Assembly: GCA_963835575.1 (NCBI GenBank)
Contig: CAWIGG010000002.1
Span: 1,760,001-1,824,000, forward strand
Reading direction: 5' to 3'
DNA: 64,000 bases
DNA from: an uncultured Spirochaetota bacterium
GTDB lineage: Bacteria; Spirochaetota; Brevinematia; Brevinematales; JAOACQ01
Below the pieces are notes generated by a model. The model ran no database searches. It was not told the origin of the DNA and saw only the letters and a list, made by a program, of their open reading frames with translations. Below, piece by piece: positions 1 to 9,642 of the stretch; the stretch's first letter is position 1, and each line of letters begins with the position of its first letter. The translations under genes were made by a program, and so were the position numbers.

Positions 1-127
1 ACATTACCAGGTTGATGTCAACGTTTCTGATGAAGACGGAATAACGGCTTTAATATTTGCGATAAGGGATGAGAATGTTTTTTTGGAATGGCCGTGTCGT
101 CCTACCGTGGAAATGGTCATATTTTGA
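1..127 (+). pseudogene. 3' part of a truncated ankyrin-repeat gene, paralog of 996..1757
   Basis: Frame 2 reads HYQVDVNVSDEDGITALIFAIRD..., matching HYQGDVNVSDEQGLTALMVAIRY near the start of 996..1757. It then diverges and stops at TGA 125-127. Confidence 0.6.
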
Positions 128-186
128 TACTAACTAACTCTTAAAAAAGAAAAATAACAAATTATTATATTATAGAAGGTGCAAAT

Positions 187-924
187 ATGAAAGATGCTTT
201 AAAAAATCTATATAGCGAATTGTTGATTCACATTAAAGAAAATAAAGATAATTTTCCAGAGTCAAACCTCTGTGTCTTCACTCCTGCAAAGGGTGTGGAA
301 TATAATAATGATTTATTATTTATAGGAAGAGCAGTAAATGGTTGGGGCAACTATATTGAAAAGGATAAAAATGAATTCTTTATAAATAAATTTAATGATG
401 TCTGTAAAAGTTATGATGATGAAAACTTGAATTGGATTATAGAAAAGTGGGGAGCTTCAATAGGATACAATACAAAAAAATCAGCTTTTTGGCGATTAAT
501 AAAAACCATCTCTGATGAATTTTATAAAGATGATATTAATTCAGTAAACAAAGTATCATGGAATAATTTATATAAGATTTCTAATGACAAGGGCGGAAAT
601 CCATCTTCATCATTAATGAATATTCAATTTGAACTATGTAGAAAGATTTTAAAGCTTGAAATTGAAACATTTAATCCAAAATTCACGATTTTTTTAACAG
701 GACTTGGCTGGGCTGGAGATTTTATACAACAAGATGATTTTACTGGTTTAGAAACAGATGGCTTAACGTTTGTTGAATTCATTGGTTTGAATAAAAAAGA
801 CAAGAATGTGTTTATAGTAAGTAAACATCCACAAGGAAAACCAGAAAAAAAACATGCGGAAGAAATAATCAAAGTAATGAAGGATGCCGCAGAAAACAGT
901 CAGTCAAAAACAAAAATATTATAA
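187..924 (+). CDS. uracil-DNA glycosylase-like superfamily protein
   Basis: LLFIGRAVNGW, WNNLYK, EIETFNPKFTIFLTG and C-terminal KHPQ motifs are ordered as in the UDG-like fold. Confidence 0.6.
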   Translation: MKDALKNLYSELLIHIKENKDNFPESNLCVFTPAKGVEYNNDLLFIGRAVNGWGNYIEKDKNEFFINKFNDVCKSYDDENLNWIIEKWGASIGYNTKKSAFWRLIKTISDEFYKDDINSVNKVSWNNLYKISNDKGGNPSSSLMNIQFELCRKILKLEIETFNPKFTIFLTGLGWAGDFIQQDDFTGLETDGLTFVEFIGLNKKDKNVFIVSKHPQGKPEKKHAEEIIKVMKDAAENSQSKTKIL

Positions 925-995
925 AATAAAAAACGTCATCTGTGGCTTTTATTAAATATTTATTCGAAAAACAGCAATAAGAAAAGGATGTCAAA

Positions 996-1757
996 ATGAT
1001 TCAAACATTTCTAAGCGCCGTTACAAATAACAATATCGAATTCATAAGGCATTACCAGGGTGATGTCAATGTTTCTGATGAACAAGGATTGACGGCTTTA
1101 ATGGTTGCGATAAGGTATGGTCATTCCGGAATTAAGAAAGTTTTGATTGAGGAAGGCGCTAATGTCAATATGAAGGATAAAGACGGCTGGACAGCCCTGT
1201 TTTATTCAGCCATTAAAGAACATTCTGACGATATAAAGATATTAATTGAGGCCGGGGCAGTAATCAACTCTGTTGATAAATACGGACAGACAGCATTAAT
1301 GCTGGCGGCAAGTGATGGTTATACCGAAACTCTAAAGACTTTGATTGGTTCCGGCGCAGATGTTCATGCGGTTTCAAAACAGGGCTATACAGCTTTATCG
1401 CTGGCGGCATTTTGGGGGAAAACTGAAAACGTTAAAGTCTTGATAGAGGCTGGGGCTAAAAGCGAAGAAGATAAAAGTGGTTTTACGGCATTGATGTTAG
1501 CTTCTGCTATAGGCAATATCGAGTCCATCAAAAGACTGATTGCTGAAAAGGCGGATGTCAATGCGGCAGATTCGCATAATTGGACAGCTTTGAGATATGC
1601 GACAGCTAACTGTCAAACAGAGAGTATTAAGGCATTGATCGAAGCTGGCGCCGATGTTAATGTTAAGGATAAAAACGGCGATTCACTTTTATCTATTGCT
1701 TATAAAACAAAATATGTCGCTATCATCAATATTTTGAAAAAGGCAGGAGCGAAATAG
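996..1757 (+). CDS. ankyrin repeat protein
   Basis: About 7 repeats of G.TALM.A...G......LIEAGA.VN. Confidence 0.95.
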   Translation: MIQTFLSAVTNNNIEFIRHYQGDVNVSDEQGLTALMVAIRYGHSGIKKVLIEEGANVNMKDKDGWTALFYSAIKEHSDDIKILIEAGAVINSVDKYGQTALMLAASDGYTETLKTLIGSGADVHAVSKQGYTALSLAAFWGKTENVKVLIEAGAKSEEDKSGFTALMLASAIGNIESIKRLIAEKADVNAADSHNWTALRYATANCQTESIKALIEAGADVNVKDKNGDSLLSIAYKTKYVAIINILKKAGAK

Positions 1758-1763
1758 TCTTGT

Positions 1764-2261
1764 ATGAATAAAACATTTACAGCCATTGATTTTGAAACAG
1801 CTAATTATGAACGCTCCAGTATTTGTCAGGTCGGTCTTGTCAGGGTAGAGAATGGTATAGTGGTTCATAAGATAAATAAGCTAGTCAGACCTCAGCCAAA
1901 TTATTATCTTGAATGGTTTACAAATGATGTACATGGCATATCAACTGAAGATACTGATGATGCACCTGTTTTTTCAGATATTTGGGAAGAAATTTTTTCG
2001 TATATAGAAGGACAGGATGTCGTTGCTCATAATGGTTTTGCCTTTGATTTTGTTTGCTTATCAAAAACATTAGAATACTATAATATTCCAGTGCCAGAAT
2101 ACAAAAAACATTGTACATATAAAATCTTCGGAGAAAATCTCGAAGTTCTATGTGATAGGTATAATATACAACTTAATCATCATAATGCATTGTCTGATGC
2201 TGAGGCATGCGCCGTTCTGTTTCTAAAACATTTAAAAAATGAATTTAGGAATAAGCAATGA
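1764..2261 (+). CDS. DEDDh 3'-5' exonuclease (DNA Pol III epsilon-like)
   Basis: AIDFETAN, VAHNGFAFD and HHNALSDA motifs. Confidence 0.9.
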   Translation: MNKTFTAIDFETANYERSSICQVGLVRVENGIVVHKINKLVRPQPNYYLEWFTNDVHGISTEDTDDAPVFSDIWEEIFSYIEGQDVVAHNGFAFDFVCLSKTLEYYNIPVPEYKKHCTYKIFGENLEVLCDRYNIQLNHHNALSDAEACAVLFLKHLKNEFRNKQ

Positions 2262-2650
2262 TACAAATTGATTTATGTAAGGACGGTTATTTATACATCA
2301 TTTATGCAAGAAATGCAAAAATCGGAATATTTGACGCTCAAAGTAAAGGATTCAGGATTAGTCGATTTAAGTTCGATAGAAATTACAAATTCGTTGAATA
2401 TCATTGGGATAAAAGCTGGGATTCAGGTTGGGATACAGAGTCGAAAGGGACAGTCAGGCCCTATAAAGAATTGTTTAGACCCAGGAAATTGAATTCCGAA
2501 GTGGAATTCCTGGAATTCATGAATGATTACAATAATAAAAATGAAGAAGAAATATTAAATGTATTAAAGGAATTTATTAAGGATGATAATGGACTGGATA
2601 TCGATAGCCGCATGTTATATCTGGATTGTTTGAAGGAAAGGGGAAAGTGA
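2258..2650 (+). CDS. hypothetical protein
   Basis: 130-aa ORF with ATGA overlap to the exonuclease stop, suggesting translational coupling. Confidence 0.7.
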   Translation: MIQIDLCKDGYLYIIYARNAKIGIFDAQSKGFRISRFKFDRNYKFVEYHWDKSWDSGWDTESKGTVRPYKELFRPRKLNSEVEFLEFMNDYNNKNEEEILNVLKEFIKDDNGLDIDSRMLYLDCLKERGK

Positions 2651-2686
2651 TGCTATATAATATTTCAAGCGACTCTTCAGTAGAAC

Positions 2687-4027
2687 TTGAACTTAATACT
2701 GAATTTCGAAATGGGGAAATTTATGATTTTTGAGAATATAAGTATAGAAAAGCAATTTATCAATGGGTTGCTGCATAATCAGGATATTTTTCCAATTATC
2801 ATAAATCGTCTAAAGGAAAATGATTTTTTTGACAAGGATTGCGGCCTTGCATATAAATTAATGCGGGAAGATTATTGCACAAAACGAAAAATTGACCTGT
2901 CAAAATTATTGTCTGTTATGGAAGCCCCATCTTATTATTGGCTGTTTTATGATTATGCGGTTAATGAACAATACAATTATATCAGCAAAAATGAACTGCT
3001 GGTAATGACCAATCAAATTTTAGAAATGTCGAGTAATAGGCAAATAAGAGAAAATATAAATATATTAAACCGGAAAGATAGCTTTGAAGCAATCTCAAGG
3101 CATGTGTTAATTCAATGGCTGGACAAACAGATGATGATTTTAAATAAAAATTGTCATCTTCCTGAAATTACAAGTATTAACCAGCTATTCAGTCCTAATT
3201 TTAAAGATACAACCAATTACCATACCGGTTACCAAAATTTTGACAACATGTCGGGAGGAATCCATAATGGCGAACTCTGGGTTATATGCGGCGATAGATG
3301 TATTGGTAAAACTGCTTTTATAATCCCCCCTATATTTGAATTCGTAAAAAAAGGTTTCGAGACGCTTTTTATTTCCGCCGGTTTATCAGAATCAGAAATG
3401 GCAATAAGATTATTATCTTTTCTAACAGGAATCAATATTAAATCCTGTTCATCATTATATAAACATCACCCGCTATCTCAGGATATGGAAAAGGTCATAA
3501 AAGAAATGCAAAATATTCCTCTTCATTTTTTCTTTGATAAAGGCTTGACTGTGAACAAAGTCCGTGATTATCTTAAACAGGAACCAGTCAAAATTTTAGC
3601 AATTGATGGAACCGAATATTTAAGGGCAAACAAGTTAAGATGGAAAGGCCGTAGTTATCTGGATGAAATAGAAGATCCTTTAGAAGTTGAGTTGACCGAC
3701 CGTCAGAACATTTTATGGGAAGAAACATTTTTTGCATTAAAAAATATCGCTAAAGATTATAATATTCCTGTAATTGTTACATGCATGATCAATACGGTTA
3801 AACAGGATCATGAATTTGATAAAGAATGCAAATTAATCTCCCGGATGCCCCCTGGATTAATTGAATATTCAGATTTAGCGGCAGTTATTAATCGCTTGGG
3901 TTATTTTTCAAAGGATGATCCGGAATATACTTTATTGGAAGTTATACATAATAAAAATGGCTCCTCTGGTGATATTAATTTGTCTTTCAATAAAGAATCA
4001 TGGATTTATCAGGAATCAATTTATTGA
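2687..4027 (+). CDS. divergent DnaB-like helicase-family protein (true start may be ATG at 2723)
   Basis: DnaB-like N-terminus (IEKQFINGLL, ENDFF), TGYQNFDNMSGG, GEL..I.G...IGKT, ALKNIAKDYNIPVIV, NKNG.SG. Several catalytic residues are altered. Confidence 0.8.
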   Translation: MNLILNFEMGKFMIFENISIEKQFINGLLHNQDIFPIIINRLKENDFFDKDCGLAYKLMREDYCTKRKIDLSKLLSVMEAPSYYWLFYDYAVNEQYNYISKNELLVMTNQILEMSSNRQIRENINILNRKDSFEAISRHVLIQWLDKQMMILNKNCHLPEITSINQLFSPNFKDTTNYHTGYQNFDNMSGGIHNGELWVICGDRCIGKTAFIIPPIFEFVKKGFETLFISAGLSESEMAIRLLSFLTGINIKSCSSLYKHHPLSQDMEKVIKEMQNIPLHFFFDKGLTVNKVRDYLKQEPVKILAIDGTEYLRANKLRWKGRSYLDEIEDPLEVELTDRQNILWEETFFALKNIAKDYNIPVIVTCMINTVKQDHEFDKECKLISRMPPGLIEYSDLAAVINRLGYFSKDDPEYTLLEVIHNKNGSSGDINLSFNKESWIYQESIY

Positions 4028-4041
4028 ATGGCTTTAGTGTT

Positions 4042-4181
4042 GACCCCAATACTTTGACAGGCTCAGTACAAGTTTTACAGGATTACTCAGGATTTATCAT
4101 GATCATTTTTTAGAATCTTCGATTTTATTTTTTGATCCTGTGCATCCTGTGGTATCAAGTAAATCCTGTTGAATTGGGGTC
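4042..4181. repeat. imperfect inverted-repeat element with periodic ACAGGATT/AATCCTGT arms and a 23-nt insert (4051-4073)
   Basis: GACCCCAAT[ACTTTGACAGGCTCAGTACAAGT]TTTACAGGATT ... AATCCTGTTGAATTGGGGTC. Confidence 0.65.
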
Positions 4182-4458
4182 GGAATAATTAAGATATTTC
4201 TAATTTTAACTTTCCGTTCAGACACTATTTAAGCTATTAAAATCGCTCAATTTATATTAACTTGTTATATAGATTTTAATTGCAAAAAAATAAAACCCAA
4301 ACTACAATATCGAATAGTGTGAATAAAGTTCTCCATACTATATAAAATAAATATTTATTATTCTAAATGACAGGCCTGATTATAAAAATTTCATAATACC
4401 GGTCTCGACTATATCGCGGTATTTTTTGATAAAAAATATTTTATAGAAGGAGATAATT

Positions 4459-5640
4459 ATGAGGAAAAAAGAGAAAATCAGCAGGGTCTCTAAACTGATT
4501 GTAATGTTTATTGCTTTTACTTTATTCATTTGTTTTATGCCGGGAACGGCCGGAGCTGCGGGAAATACCGTTAAAATAGGCGCCATCTTTTCTGTAACCG
4601 GGCCGGCTGCCTATTTAGGCGCTCCCGAAGAAAAGACAGCCGTAATGCTGGTGGAAGAAATCAATAAAAACGGCGGGATTAACGGCGCGCAGATTGAGCT
4701 CATCATTAAAGATTCCGGCGGAAGCCCTGAAAAGGCCATTTCCTTCGCGAAACAGCTTATTGAAGAAGACAAAGTTGCCGCCATCATCGGGCCGACAACA
4801 AGCGGCGAATCGATGGCCATAAAAGACCTCTGTGAAAAATCAAAAATGCCCCTTATTTCCTGCGCAGCTGCGGAAACCATAGTCGATCCGATAGCGCATT
4901 ATGTCTTTAAAACCCCCCAGAATGACAGCTATGTCGTGAAATGGATTTACGGAACAATGAAGAAGAAAGGCATAAAAAAGATCGCCGTAGTCTCTTCAAA
5001 CACCGGCTTCGGCGCCGGCGGAAAAGCCCAGCTTGAGAAATACGCCGCCGAATATGGAATTACCATAGTCATCTCGGAAGTTTATGATAAAGCCGCCACA
5101 GATCTTTCCGCTCTTCTGACCAAGGTTAAATCGACCGACGCGCAGGCTTTAGTCAACTGGTCCATTGAACCGGCGCAGTCCATTATCGCTAAAAACATGA
5201 AGCAGATCAATATGACCATACCCCTTTTCCAGAGCCATGGTTTCGGCAACATCAAATATGTTGAAGCGGCAGGCGAAGCCGCCGAAGGTATTATATTCCC
5301 CTGCGGAAGGCTTTTAATCGCCGAAGAACTGCCGGACACCAATCCCCAGAAGAAGCTCCTGATGGCTTATAAAACCGATTATGAAACAAAGTATAAGGAA
5401 CAGACCAGCACTTTCGGCGGCCATGCATATGACGCGATCCTTGTCCTGAAAACAGCTATTGAAATGTCAAAAAGCACAGACAGCGATAAGATCGTCGAAG
5501 CGATTGAGAAGATCACAAATCTACCCGGTACGGCCGGCATATTTAATTTTTCATCCAAAGACCATAACGGTCTAGGTATGGATTCGATTGAAATGCTGAC
5601 AGTAAAGAACGGCAAATTCACTCTGTATAAAGGCAAATAG
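4459..5640 (+). CDS. livK: LivJ/LivK-type ABC transporter substrate-binding protein
   Basis: Signal peptide, VKIGAIFSVTGPAA.LG, EINKNGGING, AIIGPTTS, HAYDA; first gene of a liv operon. Confidence 0.9.
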   Translation: MRKKEKISRVSKLIVMFIAFTLFICFMPGTAGAAGNTVKIGAIFSVTGPAAYLGAPEEKTAVMLVEEINKNGGINGAQIELIIKDSGGSPEKAISFAKQLIEEDKVAAIIGPTTSGESMAIKDLCEKSKMPLISCAAAETIVDPIAHYVFKTPQNDSYVVKWIYGTMKKKGIKKIAVVSSNTGFGAGGKAQLEKYAAEYGITIVISEVYDKAATDLSALLTKVKSTDAQALVNWSIEPAQSIIAKNMKQINMTIPLFQSHGFGNIKYVEAAGEAAEGIIFPCGRLLIAEELPDTNPQKKLLMAYKTDYETKYKEQTSTFGGHAYDAILVLKTAIEMSKSTDSDKIVEAIEKITNLPGTAGIFNFSSKDHNGLGMDSIEMLTVKNGKFTLYKGK

Positions 5641-5701
5641 AGAACGGTTATACTAAGAAACAAATTATGAGATCATAATTAAAATCAGTACAAATATATT
5701 A

Positions 5702-5728
5702 GGGAGGCGGCGTTTTAGCCGCCTCTTT
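5702..5728 (+). terminator. intercistronic hairpin / weak terminator
   Basis: GAGGCGGC-GTTTTA-GCCGCCTC followed by TTT, after the binding-protein gene. Confidence 0.55.
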
Positions 5729-5781
5729 ATATTAAAATACGCCGGGAGTGGTTAAAATAATTTAAAGGCAACGGGATCATC

Positions 5782-6870
5782 ATGAATTTTGAATTATTTA
5801 TGCAGTACCTTTTCTCCGGATTGACCTACGGAAGCATCTACGCGATTGTAGCGATCGGCTTTAATATTATTTATAATTCAACCGGCATCATCAATTTTGC
5901 CCAGGGCGAGTTTGTGATGCTGGGCGGGATGATGGCGTATTCCTTTTCGCAGTTTATGCCTCTCTATCTCGCGATCATTCTGGCGGTGCTCATAACAGCG
6001 GGCATCGGTTCACTCATCGAACTGATCTTCATCCGGAGTCTTTATAAATCCACTATCACGCACCTGAATATCATCTTCGGAGGACTGACATTACTGGCCG
6101 TGTCCATTATATACCGCGGCTCTGAAAGTTCCCCGTTTTCTTATATTATGATCACTTTAATTTCCATCATCATTATTCTGGCGGTACTGAACTGCCTCTG
6201 GTATTTATTCAAGCCCTTTCAAAAAATGTTTCAGAAAATCCGGAAGCCGGCTGTTCTGCAGATGATTGTTATTACCATCGGTCTGTCCATTATTTTAAGG
6301 GAGATCGCCCTGCATATCTGGGGAGAACAGGTTAAAACGGTCCCCTATTTTACAGGCAATGAAATATCATCCATCAGCATCCTGGGGGCCCATTTTTCAC
6401 CGCAGATCCTCTGGGTCATCGGCGTTACAATCCTGATCGTCTCCGGCCTGACGCTCTTTTTTAAATTCACTTTAACAGGACAGGCGATGCGCGGATGCTC
6501 GGCTGACAGGGAAGGCGCCAGCCTCTGCGGGATCAACACACAGCTTATGGTCAATCTTTCTTTCGCACTGAGCGCCGGGATCGGCGCGCTGGCCGGATGC
6601 GTTGTCGCGCCGCTGACGCAGACCCATTACGCCATCGGGGCGGACCTGGCCATAAAAGGCTTTACTGTGGCCATCTTCGGCGGCCTGGGGAACAGCATGG
6701 CGGCGGTTTTCGCCGGCCTTATACTGGGTCTTATCGAGTCATTTATCATAACCATATATCCTGAAGCTTATAAGGATGTTGCCGCGATCGTGATACTTTT
6801 ACTGGTCCTTTTCATCAAGCCGAGCGGACTGTTCGGCTCAAAGGAAGCCGGCGCGCTAAAGGAATTTTAA
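5782..6870 (+). CDS. livH: branched-chain amino acid-type ABC permease
   Basis: GSIYAIVAIGFNIIY, INFAQGEF, GQAMRG, GGLGN. Confidence 0.9.
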   Translation: MNFELFMQYLFSGLTYGSIYAIVAIGFNIIYNSTGIINFAQGEFVMLGGMMAYSFSQFMPLYLAIILAVLITAGIGSLIELIFIRSLYKSTITHLNIIFGGLTLLAVSIIYRGSESSPFSYIMITLISIIIILAVLNCLWYLFKPFQKMFQKIRKPAVLQMIVITIGLSIILREIALHIWGEQVKTVPYFTGNEISSISILGAHFSPQILWVIGVTILIVSGLTLFFKFTLTGQAMRGCSADREGASLCGINTQLMVNLSFALSAGIGALAGCVVAPLTQTHYAIGADLAIKGFTVAIFGGLGNSMAAVFAGLILGLIESFIITIYPEAYKDVAAIVILLLVLFIKPSGLFGSKEAGALKEF

Positions 6871-6871
6871 T

Positions 6872-7957
6872 ATGGATTTAAAACGCTATAAACCGGTCGG
6901 CTTACTGGCTGTTTTTATTATTGTCATTCCATTATTGACATCCCTTCTCGGGGTTAATTTTTATCTGACCCAGCTTACCATGTCGGCTTATTATCTTCTG
7001 GTTGCCCTGGGACTCTGCATGCTGATGGGTTATGCCGGTCAGATTTCACTGGGACAGGCCGCTTTTTTCGCTATCGGCGGTTATACATCGGCTTTTCTGA
7101 CAACCTTAAATTTTATGCCGTTTGCCGGATCACCTTTTATTAAATTCTGCGGCGTCATCGGAATAATACTCCAGGGTCAGAATGTCTACGGTGATAAAAT
7201 ACTTTATTTATCTCCCTGGATCGGATTTGCCGCCGCTGTCATTCTGACAGCGGGTATCGCCTTCCTTATTGGCATACCGGTTTTAAAACTTAAAGGACAT
7301 TACCTGGCCATGGCCACGCTCGGCTTCGGGATCATCATCGAAAAAATTGTCCGGGGAACAAAACTTTTCGGCGGAGCTGACGGTATAACAAACGTGCCGG
7401 CTTTCAGCCTTCTTCCCGGGATCAACGTCAGCGGCGAAGTTCAGGACAGGGTCATGAATTATTTTATCGCCTGGTTCTTGATAATCATCGGACTTGTACT
7501 GCTGATCAACCTTATCAATTCCAGGAACGGCCGGGCGCTCCGCGCGCTCCATGGAAGCGAGGAAGCGGCCGATTCCATGGGGATCAATACAGCCCTTTAT
7601 AAGCTTTATGTTTTTGTCATCGGGGCGGTTTTCGCGTCTGTCGCCGGAATATTCATGACCCATTACAACGGCAGCATCGGGCCGGGAGAAGCCAATATCA
7701 TAAAGTCCATCCGTTATGTCGCCATCGTCGCAGTCGGCGGCATGGCGAATCTCTGGGGCACCCTGATTATGGGCCTCATCCTCAATTTTTTATCCCTGCG
7801 CGGCGTGTTCGGCACCTACGATGACGCCGTCTTCGGAGCTATTCTCATTTTTGTCATGATCTTTTCGCCTGAAGGCTTTATCCGCAGGGATGTCCTGAAA
7901 AGCATATTACAATTTTTTAATAATAGAAAGAGTAAAAACAATGAATCTGGAAATTAA
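6872..7957 (+). CDS. livM: branched-chain amino acid-type ABC permease
   Basis: GYAGQISLGQAAFFAIGGY, LKGHYLAMATLGF, SRNGRALRA. Confidence 0.9.
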   Translation: MDLKRYKPVGLLAVFIIVIPLLTSLLGVNFYLTQLTMSAYYLLVALGLCMLMGYAGQISLGQAAFFAIGGYTSAFLTTLNFMPFAGSPFIKFCGVIGIILQGQNVYGDKILYLSPWIGFAAAVILTAGIAFLIGIPVLKLKGHYLAMATLGFGIIIEKIVRGTKLFGGADGITNVPAFSLLPGINVSGEVQDRVMNYFIAWFLIIIGLVLLINLINSRNGRALRALHGSEEAADSMGINTALYKLYVFVIGAVFASVAGIFMTHYNGSIGPGEANIIKSIRYVAIVAVGGMANLWGTLIMGLILNFLSLRGVFGTYDDAVFGAILIFVMIFSPEGFIRRDVLKSILQFFNNRKSKNNESGN

Positions 7958-8702
7958 AGAGCTGGACAAATTCTTCGGCGGGCTGCATGCTGTCAATCAG
8001 GTCAGCTTCGGCGTAAAAGCCGGTTTAATCAAGGCTGTTATCGGGCCGAACGGCGCCGGTAAAACCACCCTGTTTAACCTCATATCAGGATCAATAAAGC
8101 CCAGTTCGGGGCATGTCAGATTCAGGGGCGAAGACATCACAAACCTCAAGCCCTATCAAATCGCCCGCAAAGGTATCATCAGGACTTTTCAGAACCTGAA
8201 GCTGTTCAGGCATATGACAGTCCTGGAGAATGTCATGATCGGCAGGCACACCCGGAGCAAAGCCGGTTTTATTTCAGCCTTCCTCAATCTGCCATGGACA
8301 TGGAAGGAAGAGAGATCGATAAAAGAAGAGGCCCTGAAGGCTATCGAGCTTACGGGAATTAAGGACGTCTGTCATAAGGAAGCCGGGAGCCTCCCCTTCG
8401 GGAAGCAGAGGGCTGTGGAGCTCGCGCGCGCTCTGGCCTCCGAACCGACCTTATTGCTTCTGGACGAACCGGCGTCCGGCCTTAATATCCACGAAACAAA
8501 AGAGCTGTCGCGGCTCATTCTGGAAATCAGGGACAGAGGTATTACCATTTTAATCGTGGAGCATGATATGTCTCTGGTTATGGATATATCGGATGAAATA
8601 ACCGTCCTGAACTTCGGCCGTAAAATAGCCGAAGGTAAGCCGCATGAAATCCAGAAGAATAAAAAAGTAATTAATATTTATCTGGGTGATGAAAATGCTT
8701 AA
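7941..8702 (+). CDS. livG: ABC ATPase
   Basis: GPNGAGKTT, RTFQN, LPFGKQR, LLLDEP, VEHDM. Confidence 0.95.
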   Translation: MNLEIKELDKFFGGLHAVNQVSFGVKAGLIKAVIGPNGAGKTTLFNLISGSIKPSSGHVRFRGEDITNLKPYQIARKGIIRTFQNLKLFRHMTVLENVMIGRHTRSKAGFISAFLNLPWTWKEERSIKEEALKAIELTGIKDVCHKEAGSLPFGKQRAVELARALASEPTLLLLDEPASGLNIHETKELSRLILEIRDRGITILIVEHDMSLVMDISDEITVLNFGRKIAEGKPHEIQKNKKVINIYLGDENA

Positions 8703-9429
8703 AATAAGAAATCTTGAATCGGGATACGGCGGCCTGAGGGTTTTAAAAGGGATTTCCCTGCATGTTGTACCCGGAGAAATAGTGGCCATTATCGGAGCGA
8801 ACGGGGCGGGAAAATCGACATTATTGAATACCATATCCGGCCTGGTCAGGTCCTGGGCGGGCGATATTAATTTTAAAGAAAAGGAAATAACCAAGCTTCC
8901 TCCGGAGAAAATTGTAGCGCTCGGCTGTTCCATGGTGGCCGAAGGCAGAAAATTATTCGCTCCGATGACAGTCAGGGAAAATTTGATGCTGGGCAGTTAT
9001 ATACTATATAATAGAAGGGAGAAACAAAAAATCAAGGAAGAGCTCGCGTTTATTTATTCCATGTTCCCGGTGCTCAAGGAAAGGGAAAGCCAGCTCTCAG
9101 GTACGCTTTCGGGCGGGGAACAGCAGATGCTGGCGATCGGCAGAGCGCTGATGAGCTGTCCGGACCTGATCATGATGGACGAGCCGTCGATGGGGCTCGC
9201 GCCTCTGATCATTAAGAATATTTTCGGCGTCATCGCCAGGCTCAGGGACGAGGGAAAAACAATCCTGGTCGTGGAACAGAACGCGAAGGCTATTTTAAAA
9301 ATCGCCGATAGGGGCTATGTCATGGAAACGGGAAGCCTGATCCTGGAAGGTTCGAGCGGGGAACTTCTGAATAACCGCGATGTACAGAGAGCGTATCTCG
9401 GCAAGGATTATAAATCCATTGCCGGGTAA
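8695..9429 (+). CDS. livF: ABC ATPase
   Basis: GANGAGKST, LSGGEQQMLA, MDEPSMGLAP, VEQN; start could be 8689 or 8695. Confidence 0.95.
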   Translation: MLKIRNLESGYGGLRVLKGISLHVVPGEIVAIIGANGAGKSTLLNTISGLVRSWAGDINFKEKEITKLPPEKIVALGCSMVAEGRKLFAPMTVRENLMLGSYILYNRREKQKIKEELAFIYSMFPVLKERESQLSGTLSGGEQQMLAIGRALMSCPDLIMMDEPSMGLAPLIIKNIFGVIARLRDEGKTILVVEQNAKAILKIADRGYVMETGSLILEGSSGELLNNRDVQRAYLGKDYKSIAG

Positions 9430-9439
9430 TAATAAAATA

Positions 9440-9600
9440 GCCACGGAATTGCACGGAAAACCACGGAATATTACAGTTGTAATCTCGGAAGTTCGGATAA
9501 TCCGCTAATGCACGCGAATGGACGCTAAAGAAATATCTTTTTAAAATATATTCTCACTTATCATTTCTTCGCGTGACTTTGCGTGGCTTAGCGGAAGACC
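9440..9600. repeat. periodic repeat arms plus imperfect inverted pair
   Basis: GCCACGGAAT TGCACGGAAA ACCACGGAAT; CCGCTAATGCACGCGAATGGACGCTAAAGA ... TCTTCGCGTGACTTTGCGTGGCTTAGCGG. Confidence 0.7.
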
Positions 9601-9642
9601 AGTTGTTTATAGGAATAATCGGCACTGGAAAGGAGGCAATGT

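Noticed and set aside
1..4027. Prophage
   Set aside because: No integrase, structural, terminase or lysis genes within the window.
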